In this document: in pieces, positions 36,940 through 49,950 of the stretch
Layout of the letters: each line of letters opens with the position of its first letter
How positions within the stretch are numbered: position 1 is the stretch's first letter
Origin: Eledone cirrhosa
Lineage: Eukaryota
Assembly: GCA_964016885.1 (NCBI GenBank)
Contig: OZ024742.1
Coordinates: 25,048,001-25,112,000, forward strand
DNA length: 64,000 nt
Direction of reading: 5' to 3'
Program-made: the position numbers and the translations under genes
Notes under the pieces: generated by a model
Seen by the model: the letters and a program-made list of their open reading frames with translations, nothing else
What the model was told of the DNA's origin: nothing
Databases searched by the model: none

Positions 36940-37600
36940 TACTAGTATTATGATAAAATTCACCCACTCTACCTTTTAGAGCGGTAGTGCTGGTGTTATT
37001 GTAAAATGCACCTAGTGCCTACTGTAACATGATAGAGCTGGTGCCACATTAAAATCACCTCATGCACTCTGTAAAGTGGTAGTGCTGGTGATATTATAAA
37101 ATTCACCCTGTGCACTCTGTAAAGTAGTAGTGCTGGTGTTATTATGTAATGCACACGGTGCTCAGTGTAATTTTGTAATGGTGGTGCCACGAAAAATGTA
37201 CCCAGTGGATTCTGTAAAAGGTTACTGTTGAAGTCATGAAATAATGCACCCAGTCCCCTCGGAAAAGTGGTAGTTCTGTTGCTACAATAAAATCCATTCA
37301 CTAAATGCTCTAAAGTAGTTGTGATGGTGCCATAATAAAATGCACCAAGTCCACTTTGTAAATTGGCTATGATTGTGTCACAATAAAATGTACCCAGTAC
37401 ATGCTGTAAGGTTGTTGTGTTGGTATCATGATAAAATACACCCAGTCCAATTTGTAAAATGGTAATGCTGGTGATATGGTAAAAGGTAGCCAGTCTCCCC
37501 TGTAAATGATAGTGTTGGTATTATAATATAATGCACCCAGTACCTGGTGTAAAGTGTTTGGCATTAGGAAAGGCATCTAGTCACAGAAACTATACCAAAA
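36940..37600 (+). repeat. Tandem array of ~45-bp units derived from the RTE/SINE 3' UTR repeat
   Basis: Units gtgccac.ataaaatgcacccagt.cactctgtaaagtggt ending in gtttggcattaggaaaggcatc. Confidence 0.75.
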
Positions 37601-37748
37601 TGGAACATTTGAAATATGAACAAGTCATGGTATATTTTGACCAGGCAAATCTCAGTAGACATTGTAGACCATTAAACTACATATCAAGGTTGAAACTAGA
37701 TTTTTAAACTATGTCATTGTTAGCAATGTTGACCCTTAATATATATAT

Positions 37749-40700
37749 CATCATCATCATCATCATCATCAACGTTTAACGTCCGTGTTCCACGCTTGCA
37801 TGGGTTTGGACGGGGGTAGTTCCACTTGAGGCAAGAGTGATTGTCTTGCTCGCATAGGACTGTCTGGCAGGTTTTCTACAGTTGGATGCCCTTCCTAACA
37901 CCAACCACATTTACAGTGTGGATCTGGGAGGTTTTTACCGTGTTGCCTACACGGCCACATTACAGCGTGGACTGTGTGTTTTTTTGTCGTGACACCTACA
38001 CGATCTCATTTGTTTCGGCCTGGATGGCGCGGCACCAACATAACTTTACATAGAACGGGGTGGTGTGGATGGGGTGGGGGTGGTGGCGGGACGGGGTGTA
38101 TTTTGTTAGAGATGCCTACTGTCAAGGCGGGTCTTCTCTGTTACTGAGTACCGCCAAAGGTCTCGGTCCAGTGACATTGTCTTGGAGAGGTGTAAGTGTG
38201 TGAGGTCGGAGTTTATCAGATCGTCCCAGGTTTTTCTAGGTCTGCCTATTCCGTGGCTACCGTCTATCTTTATTGCCCTGCACTTTGTTATACAGCTATC
38301 GACTTTCATGCGCATCACGTGTCCATACCAACGTAGCCTTCTCTCGAGTAAACAACATCTGATCCCTCTTATCTCTAATTTTTTCCTTAGTTCGTTTATG
38401 CTTTGCCGTTCACGTATATTACTGTTACACATCCAGCGGAGCATGCAAGCTTCGTTCCTCTCTAGTCTGCGTATATCCTCTGCACACAATGCCCAGGTCT
38501 CACTGCCATGCAACATTGCTGTTCGTATGCAGGCATCGTACAACCTGCCTTTCATTTTTAGGGAGAACCCTTTAGCAGCTAATAGTGGTATAAGTTCTCT
38601 GAACTTTTTCCAACCAGTTCTGACTCTAGCTACAGTACTTTCAGAGCACCCTCCCCCACTGCTGATTTTATCGCCCAGGTAACGGAAGCTGTCCACTATT
38701 TCTATAGAACCCTCTGCGCAATTGAAAGAGCTAGTATTTTGTGGGCACTTGCTGCTACTTATTGCACCAGAACACCGGCCACATGTAAAATCTATGTTCT
38801 TAGTTAGCTTACCTGTGATCCCACTACATCTTTTATGCACCCATACTTTGCATTTAGGACATAAAATGGAGTTTCTACCTACGCCTTTCCTACACACCGA
38901 GCACGACCATTTCCCAGAAGGGACCGCCGCCTTGTTTTCTTTCCTACAAACTAGAACTTTGGTCTTAGCCAGGTTAATTTTAAGTCCTTTTGACTCTAGG
39001 CCGTGCTTCCATGTTTGGAATTTCTTCTCTAGCTCGGCCATTGATTCCGCTATGAGTGTCAGGTCGTCTGCGTATAGGAGTTCCCATGGGCAGCCTGTCT
39101 TGAACTCCTCTGTTATAGCCTGAAGGGCAATAATAAATAGTAGGGGGCTGAGAACAGAGCCCTGATGGACGCCAGCTTTTACGCTAAACTCTTCACTATA
39201 TTCGTTGTTAATTCTAACCTTGCTGACTGTTTCTTTATACATGGCTTGTATAGCCCTCACAAGCCATTCGTCAACGCCTAGTTTTCTAAGAGCCCACCAG
39301 ATAATGGAGCGGGGGACTCTGTTGAAGGCTTTCTCCAGGTCGACAAAAGCTAAGTAGAGGGGTTTACCTTTAGCTAGGTACTTCTCCTGTAGTTGTCGTA
39401 CTATGAAAAGAGCGTCTGTGGTGCTTTTGCCTGACACAAACCCGAACTGCATTTCATCTAGGTCAATTCTCTCTCTGATTAGTTGCGCTATTACTTTTTC
39501 CGTGACCTTCATGACCTGGTCGATTAATTTAATGCCTCTATAGTTAATCCTATCTAGGGCGTCTCCTTTACCCTTATAACAGTTAACGATGATGCTGCTA
39601 TGCCAGTCCTTCGGAACAACCCCATTCTGTACGACTTGGTTAACTATGCAGGTGACCATGGTGTGTCCCACCGTGCCAGATGCCTTCAGCATCTCAGCAA
39701 CTATTTCCGAAGGCCCAGCCGCCTTACCTGTCTTCATATCCTTGATTGCCTTACTTATTATACTCCCCTCGACTAACACTGCTGGTCCCTCTATTGGGTC
39801 GATATGGGGGAGACTGTCTTTCTCCCATTTATTCTCCTCATTTAGTAGCCTTTCATAGTGACACTTCCAAGCTACCTTCTTATCAGTGTCGGTGATGGCA
39901 AGTATGCCATCATTGTTAAGTACACACTTCTCCCCGACAATATCACGGTTTTCCTTGACGCATTGCCTAGCAATCCTGAACACCTCACGTTTTTGGTCAT
40001 CGCGTTGTAGAACATGCTTGAACTTTCTTTCCTCAGCTTCTCTTCTTGCTAAGTACACTTCTCTCCTAGCTTCCCTCCTGGCCACTTGATAGTCTACTCT
40101 ACTTCCCCCATCCCGCCATACTTTCCAAGCCTGCTTTTTGGCCTTAATTGACCCCTCCACCTTACTGTTCCACCACCATGTTACTCTCCTCCTGCCTACA
40201 GGCCTGCTCCAGCCACAGACTTCGTCTGTCGCCAACAGCAGGTTTGCTTTCAGAAATTCCCACTGTCCCTCTATATTGTCCGACTCTAGATGCTCTTCCT
40301 TACTGTCGAAAGCATCAAGTAATATGCTTTGAAATTTATTTCTGGCTGTGGGGTCCTTTAGCTTCCATATTTTCCTCCTGAGGATAGTCCTCTTCTGCTG
40401 TCGAGTACGTCTCGTGCTGACTATGAGGTCGCTAATTATCAGTCTATGTTGGGAGGTGCATTCTTCATGGGGGAGGGATTTAGTGTTTACAACAGACACT
40501 CTGTCACGTCTTCTGGTAAGGATATAATCTACCTGGCTTGTGTGTTCCCCGGATCTATAGGTGATCAGGTGATTGTCACGTTTTTTGAAGTTAGTGTTAC
40601 AGAGAGTTAGGTTATTTGCATCACAGAATTCCAGGATTCTGGAGCCTTCCTCATTTCTAGTACCAAACCCATAGCCTCCATGGATTTCGTCGTAGCCGTC

Positions 40701-40853
40701 ACAATGTTGTCCAACGTGACCATTTAGGTCGCCTGCAATAATTATATAGTCACTGTCGGTTATTTGGGAGGTAGTTAGCAACAGTGTCTCATAGAATCTG
40801 TCTTTTATAGTGCCGGGTAGTCCGGATTGGGGTGCGTATGCAGATATTACTGT

Positions 40854-40855
<2 letters not shown>
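37749..40855 (-). mobile_element. 5'-truncated RTE-clade LINE flanked by (TA)n
   Basis: Begins mid-endonuclease (VTVISAYAPQ) at (TA)n and ends in (GAT)n then (TA)n. Confidence 0.95.
38106..40854 (-). CDS. RTE ORF, 5'-truncated but uninterrupted: partial APE endonuclease + RT with internal PHD finger
   Basis: SAYAP, GDLNGHVG, QVDYIL, SQHRL; YRGIKL, DLEKAFN, QGSVLSP, YADD, FRYLG. Confidence 0.93.
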
Positions 40856-40891
<36 letters not shown>

Positions 40892-41087
40892 AAAAGTATG
40901 TGTTCCTACATGTAATTAATACATACAGGGATACAAGTATAGTCCAACCGTATGCTAGTGTGGTTCAATGGCAAGTTAATAAATTAACAAGCCAGAACAT
41001 ATAAAATCAGGGAGTGTAAACACAGAAAATATCTTAAAAAATAATAAATAATTAAATTACAAAAAATTCACTGTACTTACTATATGT

Positions 41088-41167
41088 GCCCTTACCGCGG
41101 TTTCAGATCCCAAACAAATAGATAATCCAAGCGAATTCCATTGAGAAAGAGATCATCGTCAGAAGGC
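41088..41167 (-). ncRNA. Type I hammerhead ribozyme fold
   Basis: gcctt-CTGACGA-t gatct..ggatc t-GAAAC-CGCG-GTA-agggc. Confidence 0.8.
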
Positions 41168-41624
41168 TTTTCTCTCTCGGAGAATATAAAATTCCCGAGT
41201 TCAAATTACAAACTGGCGCCATTCAGAACTGCCTCAGAATGAGAGTAAATGAATGATGAAACAATTTCTTTATGGTACCATGTGCAAAGACAAAAGCACG
41301 GTGGACAAGTCAATTCTGTGCTGCTAAAAATAGCGGCCGTTCAAACGACCAAAGGTTTCTCTACCATTTATTATTATCTTTTATTATTGATGTTATTGTT
41401 TTCATCCACTTGATTCTCCGATATATCTATAAATACCAATGCCATGTGTTACACCCTCCAGTATTCCGATGATTTGATCAGAGACACACACTGTATTTAA
41501 GGTCGGGTGACGCAATTTTGAGTGATTAGCGGCCTGTAGACTCACCTAATCATTGAAACAATTATTAAACAATTGTTAAATAAAACCCTTTTTGTACAGC
41601 TGACCATGTTATTCTTCACTCTTT

Positions 41625-41656
<32 letters not shown>

Positions 41657-41878
41657 CATCATCATCATCATCATCATCATTTTACGTCCGCTTTTCCCTG
41701 CTTGCAAGGGTGGGACGGGAACTGATTCTGGCTTGATTTCTACAGCTGGATGCCCTTCCTAACACCAACCTCATTTACAGTGAGTGCTGGGTGCTTTTTT
41801 GCCGTGGCACCTCCACGACCACTTTGCAGTGGAATGATAGGGACTCAAGTCCCTATCATCTCATTTCTACAGCTGAGT
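41657..41878 (-). mobile_element. 3' part of the CORE/RTE-tail SINE inside (TA)n
   Basis: Matches 30930-31142. Confidence 0.85.
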
Positions 41879-44561
41879 ATATATATATATCAATGTTGGC
41901 TCTATGGACAATTAAAGGACATCAATATTGACAATATAGCACAGATTATAAATTTGTGTGAAGATAAAGGGAATCATACCTAGTTTTAGTTACACAAACT
42001 GCCATAGATTCTTCTGTTAATTAATATATATTTCTTGGCTCCCATTTGTGTGTTATCAGTAATCGTACCATCTATTTATATGCCAATTTTCTAATGAGTT
42101 TTGTATTTCTCCATTAAATTAATCATTCTTGTTCATTAACCACTTTTGCTTTCTATGTAGAAAGAATAGTCTAGTAATGCTTTACAAATATAGAAATCAT
42201 TACCATACCATAGATACAATTTGAACCTACAACTCTTCATCTCAGAGTTAAACAGCTTAATCCCTTTTATGTAACTTTTGTTGGTGTTAGGAAGGGCATC
42301 TGGCCATAGAAAACGAGCCAGAAATAGTTCTGTATGAGCAAGACATGGTCATCTGGTCTGACTTGTCTGACAGCAGGATAACTCACCTATCTCATGCTAG
42401 TGTTGAAAAATAGATGTTAACGGTGATGATGATAATGCAACATTCACAGACCAACCGATAACATTTTTAAGAATGAGATGCTATCATATTATTCCATTTC
42501 CAAAAGAACATCAGTTAAATCAGCAACCATTTTGTTTTGTGTGGGTAATTAGATAAAGCTCTTTGGATTATCTATGTAGTTGTTTTGTTAGAGAATACAA
42601 TTTACTAGTCGTTAATAGCCAGTGCCAGCACACTTTCACATTCTAGGTAATTGGGAAGCATTCACTTATAAATTAGGTTTTAATTGGACATGTAAATTGG
42701 ACTTTAATGTGGATCTTTAAATACAAGAACAATCTGACTGATAACAGTAATAATGACGTTTCTTGTGACAATAATTATCCTGAAATTACATTGTCATGAA
42801 CACTGGACAAAATGAGGCCGTATCATACATTTACACTGGTATTCTACAAGCATATTGGAAGCAGTGCCTGTAGATTATCTTCTTCGAATATGGTTTATTT
42901 GTAAAACTTTAATCACCTTTTAATGGTTCTGTTTTCAAAGACCACTAGAATCAAGTTCTGAGAGCTAATAGGAAAGGTTTTAATAGCATATTAGGTAGAA
43001 ATCTTTTTAGTGTATATTTTTACATTTTCAACGGGTCTCCATCACCATATTCCAGGGAAATACCTTCTCTATTGTGTCCATGGGGCTGTGAAGTGGCAAG
43101 CATATGGGCTCCTGTTTGCTTATAATAGTGAAAGATGGGGAGAGCGAGAGAGACAGAGACAGTGAGTGAAAGAGAGAGAACATCAATGCAAACACACACT
43201 TGATAAGACAGGTAAGCAGTAAGACTGACTTGCTGGTTGGCTGACACATACACACATACTTTCTCTCTTATATACGCAGAGAAGAGCAAGAGTTGGTGTG
43301 GCAACTGTGCACAGAATTATTCATGAAATCTGATCATGTGCAAAATATTTGCAAATTTATTTTCATGGAAATAACGGAGTAATTAGCATGAACATTTTGG
43401 CAGTGATGTGTGAATTTAGACATAGTAATTATTTATTGTATATTGTTTCATAAAAATAGGGGTAAGTGGTGAAATTCATCAAGAGGTGAGAGAAATTATG
43501 GTAGAGGAATATTCAGTGGCTGAAAATATTTATAGTTGTTGTTTAACCCATAGGTAGGGCTGGGTAAAGAGACCTATGATGAAAGATAATCTTTTTTGGA
43601 GACAGTGGAAAGAGATTTAGTTATTTCTACTAACCGATCGATCGACTATGTAGTAAATCCCATTTTGGTTTCAAAGAGATGAATGTATGGAAGATGTGAC
43701 AGCAATTAATAATCAATTGAATATATTTATGAGGTAATCACAGTTGAAATTGAAATAAGAACTATATATTTCTGAAAGGTGCGTCTTGTTTGACAGTTGA
43801 AATAGGTGATGCCTCTCACTTGATGTCACTTAACAATTTTATGCAAGAGTCCTAAATACAATTAAAGAAGTTTTGGGAGAAAATATTCACAAAAAATATT
43901 TGATAAGAAAGTGACAGCAAAGAATTGAAGCATTTAGTCATTAGGAAGTGTTAAATATGTAACTTTTTAAATTATTTAGAAGTATTTTAATGTCATTTTA
44001 ATATCCAAGTAGAAGCAGTCAAGCATTGCTATCCAGTAACAACCAGTAACAAAATATAACACAAATACAACACATCTAACCTATGCAGATATAGCACATG
44101 GATGGTAAGCTGTGATGATGATGATGAGGATTATGAGGAGGAGATTTAGTGTGACATATTGTATGACAAAGTTGGTACGTTGAATTGCAGGTACTCGTCA
44201 TTTTGCCAACTGAGTTGAGAGAAGCAACATAAAATAAAATGTCTTGCTGATGAACACAACTCACCACCTGGTCAGGATTTGAACTGACAACTTAACAATT
44301 GTGAAGCCAGTGTCATAACCTCTAATACAAATAATTTCACAAGTATTACACCATTTGAATAACTAAAAAAAAAGTTATTTTTTAATATAATTTTCATTAT
44401 TTTTTTTAAATTTCTCTCAGAACAATTTTTTAATACTTTCAAAATCGGATTTATTTTGACCAGTGTCCTAATCTTGGTTGTTATGTTCAGGACATTTTAC
44501 CCTCAGGTCTTCTTTAGATACTTGACATATCTGGGAATTTTTAATTAAAACTTATATTTAA

Positions 44562-44779
44562 CCCTTTAGCATGTAAACCAGCCAATTCCAGCCAGAATTC
44601 TTTCATCTCATTCTTTTCAAACCAGCTGTAACCAGCTGCTCATACTGATATTAAGTTATTGTTCTCAGAATGAGTATCAAAATCTCATAGGTTCGATATT
44701 ATGTGAGATGATTATGTGATGTAAGGCCTTTACAACAAAAATACAATAGTATATATAGAGTAATCTAAATGCTCAAGGG
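44562..44779 (+). mobile_element. piggyBac-like MITE
   Basis: TTAA|CCCTTTAGCAT..ATGCTCAAGGG|TTAA. Confidence 0.78.
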
Positions 44780-45529
44780 TTAAACCCTTAAGAGGGGATT
44801 TTTTTTCGTTCTGCTTATACACAAAATATTCTTGTATTTTTAATAAGTTAATTGTGGTGTTGCTTGCTTATTTATTCTGTTTAACTCTTAACATTCTGTA
44901 CCACTCAGAACTACATTAACAAACATTCTTGAAAAATACTAAGTAGTACTATGTCTGCACAACATTAAAAATTAAAGTCTTTACTTAAATGCTTCAAACT
45001 TTCACAAAAAAACTGTCCATTAGTAAATTTCACATATATTTGAATTAACAAACCTCATTAAACCACATTAGTAAAATATTCTTCAAAAGTATAAAATAAA
45101 ACTTGAAGATTTTAATACTACAAATTTTTTTTATAATGATCTTCTACTAGTAACGATACTATAAACATTTGAATTAACAAACTACATGAAACCTCATTAG
45201 CAAAACATTCTTGAAAAGTTATAAAAAGCACTATGAGTGTGACACATAAATATTTGTAGATACTGTAATACTGTGAATTTTCACAATCTGTTCAGTAGTA
45301 AAGATACTATAAAAATTTGAATTAAATGCGATTTTTGATATTTTCTATTGAATCATTATTGGTTTTTAAGAGTTAAAATCTATTATATACAGTCAGACTT
45401 GCTAGCAGGGAAAACAGACATTAAATGATGATGGTGATGATAGTGATACTAACCCAGAGAGTGAACACATGACAAGCAGATAGACTTGTACCCATAATGT
45501 TTATCTAATGATTACATTGATCATGAAAA

Positions 45530-45726
45530 TAATGGTTTCTGCTTTAGCCCCAAGGCCAGCAATTTTTGGGGGAGGGGAAAGTCGATTAATTCAGCCCCAG
45601 TGCGTTACTGGCGCTTTATTTTATTGACCCCATAAAGAAGAAAGGCAAAGCTAACCACAGTGAAATTTAGACTCAGACTGAACAGCAAATTATCTGACAC
45701 TCTACCAATACTGCCAATTCACTGCT
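45530..45726 (-). mobile_element. Nin/Deu-like SINE, diverged
   Basis: Family match. Confidence 0.7.
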
Positions 45727-45798
45727 CTTATTGACCATGAAAATAATAAAACATAAAAATATAAGAGTTACAATAGAGTATAAATAGACAAATATTAA

Positions 45799-46016
45799 CT
45801 CTTTAGCATTTAAACCGTCCCTATCTTGCCAGAACTTTTTCAACTCTTTCTGTTCAAACCAGCTGTAACTGGCCACTCATACTGATGTTAAGGTATTGTT
45901 CACAAAATAAATAATATCAAAATGTCATTGATTCAATATTATGTGAGATAATTATGTAACGTAAAGCCATTACAGTGAAAATATAGTAAATATAGAATAA
46001 TGTAAATGCTAAAGGG
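45799..46016 (+). mobile_element. piggyBac-like MITE
   Basis: TTAA|CTCTTTAGCATTTA..TAAATGCTAAAGGG|TTAA. Confidence 0.8.
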
Positions 46017-46740
46017 TTAAATTATGATGATGATGATACTAACCCAAGGATTAGAACTCCTGACAGTCAGATAAACTTATACACTTAACATTTAAGCAGT
46101 AATTACATTGACCATGAAAATAGTAGAAGACAAAAATATAATATTTAATCAAAGCATGATATGAATGTGAAGTGCATTTCCTTTACAGCTGCTTTGTAAG
46201 ACACCAGCACAGCAGAAGATGCACAAGCATTAAAGATTATTGGAATGCTTCGTTAGCTTGGATCTAACGAGATATTTATATAATATCTTCAATTTGCAGT
46301 TAGAAAGGGGAAAAAGTACATTTTATAATTCATAGTCGACATGGAGTTCTGGTTGATTGAATTTAATTCTATCTGGTTATAGTCCCATATGGTTTGCCAG
46401 TAGTACCATATTTGGAAAGATAGCTATTGAAGTGTTAAATGGGTCATTTTAGTTGAAATATCAATCAAAGATAATAGGAATGATGCTATTGAAATAGTTA
46501 TACAGCTGATGAGAGAATTCCATATTGAGATTCTGTCATTTAAACTTGAGTGTCTGCTAATACTCGCACATTAATAAATACCAGGAAAGAACTTAAGACA
46601 AAGATATTTGCTAACAGAATTGTTTCTGTTTAACACCCACATTAAATCTTAATCAATAATTGATCTCAGAAATCAATATCCGTTTTCACATCATTGTTTT
46701 GTTGTTCATGTTTTCAGTGCTGGCCTTAGTTAGATGGTGG

Positions 46741-46980
46741 AAACATGTGGCCAAGTGGTAAGGGTGTTTGACTTAACAATCTTAATATTGTAGGTTTGAT
46801 TCCTGGACTGGGTTGTGTGTTGTTTTCTTTAGCAAGACATTTCATTTTACATTGCTCCAGTATACTCAGCTGAAAATGAGTGCCAGCAGTAGTTGGGGGT
46901 TTAATTCTATGATAGAATAATGTCCTGTCCAAGGGGAAGTCTAGTACTCTCAGTCGCTTCATGCCAGAGAAACCAGGATG
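46741..46980 (+). mobile_element. Old CORE-type SINE
   Basis: ctttagcaagacatttcattttacattgctccagtatactcagctg core. Confidence 0.65.
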
Positions 46981-47357
46981 TACTATTAATGTTGTCACTT
47001 ATTGTTAAACATAAACCTTAATTTTGTGTTGGCACAATTTGTTTACTGAGCATGTAATGTTTCATTAATATTAAACATACACACACACAACACCATAGAC
47101 ACATTTAAACATAAAGAGAGGCACACACACACATTTTAACATAGACATACACACACAGACAGACAGACATAAACACACACACAAAAAGACATTTAAACAT
47201 GAAGATAGACACACACAGCCAGGCACACATACACACTTAAACATAAAGACATACACACACACAGATAGGTACACATACACAGAAATACACACTTAACCAT
47301 GAAGATAGACACATGCAGACAGGCACACACACATTCACACAGACACACAATCAAAGA

Positions 47358-47872
47358 CCCCCCCCCCCCATTCTCTCACATACTCAATACCACACCCCCT
47401 CCATTCTCTGCAGACTGAATACCACACCCCTCCATTCTCTCCCAGACTCAATCAGCCCCCTCTATTCTCTCCCAGACTCACCCCCACACCCCTCCATTCT
47501 CTCGCAGATTCACCCCCACCCCCCTCCATTCTCTCCAAGACTCACCCCCACACCCCTCCATTCTCTCCCAGACTCACCCCCACACCCCTCTATTCTCTCC
47601 CAGACTCACGCGCTCTCCATTCTCTCCCAGACTCACCCCCTCTCTATTCTCTCCCAGACTTACCCCTCTCTCCATTCTCTCCCAGACTCACCTCCCTCTT
47701 CATTCTCTCCCAGACTCAACCCCACACCTCTCCATTCTCTCCCAGACTCAACCCCACACCTCCCCATTCTCTCCCAGACTCAATCCCACACCCGTCCATT
47801 CTCTCCCATACTCACCCCCCACTTCATTCTCTCCCAGACTCACACACCCCTCTCCATTCTCTCCCAGACCCA
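47358..47872. repeat. C-rich ~25-30-bp minisatellite (ctccattctctcccagactca..)
   Basis: Direct inspection. Confidence 0.9.
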
Positions 47873-49426
47873 AATGTGCAGCATTCATTTGACTAAAACA
47901 GATAAAAAAAAAAAGAATCTTTGATTATTTTAAATTTCTAGGAATCCACATTGATAAAAATCTTAAATAGAAACCATATATTGATCTAACCTGCAGGCAA
48001 ACACTCACTAACTTTGGTCTCTTATCTCATACAAAAAGTTATTTCCCTAGGTAGGTGCTACTAAACTTATATCAAGCTCTTATTAAACAAAAAAGAAAAA
48101 AGACCTCACTAATTCTTTCTAGAATTCACCAGTCTTTTTCAAATTTTTATGTATTTACTTACACTTAACATCTTGTAATAATTTAACAGAAAATATCTAA
48201 ATGTGAGATTTGTAATTCAAATATCTATATTAAGTATCTTTATTAGTGAACTGACTGTTGAGAAAATTTACAGTATTGGAATAGCAGTTTTATATTTAAT
48301 GTAATGCAGCCACAGTGCTGTTTTATATGATATTCTTTTTAAATGTCTTACTAATGCTGTTTCATGTGGTACAGAATGTCTAGATTAAAATTTTTATCTA
48401 ATCCAATCCAATCCATGTTTTCTCACTACTGTTGGAGGAACCCTCCCTTGTTAACCTCCACTGTTTTCTTTTTGGTTTTGATTTTGGTCATGTCAGGTCC
48501 ATGTCAGGTCCAAGTCTTTTGGCTGGGTTGGTAATTAAAGGGTTAAAACATTTGACCTGTATCTATTACTAGCTTTGGGGTGACTATATTTTACATCTAG
48601 CTTGAACCTATTATGATCTTTACATGGGTATGTATATAGGTATTAGCTATATTACTCTCTGTCGGCTGATCAAATGGTATTATATATCAGATCGATAAAA
48701 TAAAGTACCAGTAATACACTGGGTTAATTGCTGGCCTTGTGCCAAATATAGAAACAATTATATATCAGATGAGAATCAAAGAGATTTAACACTTTCATGA
48801 CAATATTTCCAGTAAAATAGATTCTATTTAATTTAATTAATGAGGAATATTGAAGGATTTACTAAAATTATAATTATTTCATTAGTAAATTAGTAACTTA
48901 ACATATGATCTTTTATAAATTTATACTGGAAAATCTAAATTTAACTCTAATCCTTTTCAAATAAGTGGTTATATTTTATTGGGCCAGGTTTTATTTTATA
49001 GCAGCAGATAATTAAAGGGTTAAATTCTGTAAGATAGATCCATTTTGTTTTCTCTGAACAGAAAAAATTAAAAAGAAAATTGAGAATTGTTTTAAAATGT
49101 CTTAACCCAAGGATGGATTATGTGCATTACCATAAACAGATTTAGCAGATGGATAATATTGTTTATATCTAATTGAATCAATAAATCAAATAAGAAGTGA
49201 CACTGCTATATATTGTGTCCATGGCCTGAACACTCAGCTCTAATTAAGGTCTAGGTAGATGGTGCTTCATAAAAATGACACCGGTCAAAATAGCATTTAG
49301 TGGAAAACTGTGGAAAAAAATGATATACATTTAATTAAAAAAACAGTAATCACCGATCACAATTTTTAATTAAAATTTCTTAAAAATCAAGTTCATTAAT
49401 TACATCTTATTATAAGGTTAGAAGAG

Positions 49427-49950
49427 GGCAGTGGATTGGCAGTATCTATAGAATAATGGACAACATGCTTTGCAGCATAGTTACATACCTTTGTAGTTTG
49501 AGTTCAAATCCTGCTGAGGTTAGCTTTGATTTTCATCCTTACGACGTCGCTAAAATAAAGTAGCAGTAATATGCTAGGGTTAATTTAATCAACTTTCTAT
49601 TCCTCAAAAATTGTTGGCCTTGTGTCTAAACTAGAAACCATTATTTTTGTCAGGAGCTTGGCTGTATCAGTAGAGTGTTGGACATTAGGTTTTGCAGCAT
49701 AACGTTACATTCCTATATGATATTAACCTTGGTAGGATTTGGAACAAATAATTGTTTCTTCTTTTGGCACAAGGCCAGCAATTTTTGGGGGAGGGGAACG
49801 TCGATTAAATCGACCCCAGTGCGTGACTGGTACATTATTTTATCGACCCCGTAAGGATGAAAGGCAAAGTTAACCTTGGCGGGATTTGAACTCAGATCAT
49901 AAAGGGCCGTAACTCTATGCATCAAAGCATGGCTTCCGACCTTCTACTGA
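49427..49950. mobile_element. Two oppositely oriented Nin/Deu-like SINEs (49427-49645 +, 49748-49950 -)
   Basis: Family match. Confidence 0.75.

Noticed and set aside
38056-38097. G-quadruplex-like tract
   Set aside because: Antisense to the RTE 3' UTR (C-rich in the RNA); part of the element with no separate evidence of function
43060-43115. Possible 48-nt minus-strand exon
   Set aside because: Weak donor (gtattt) and no supporting homology
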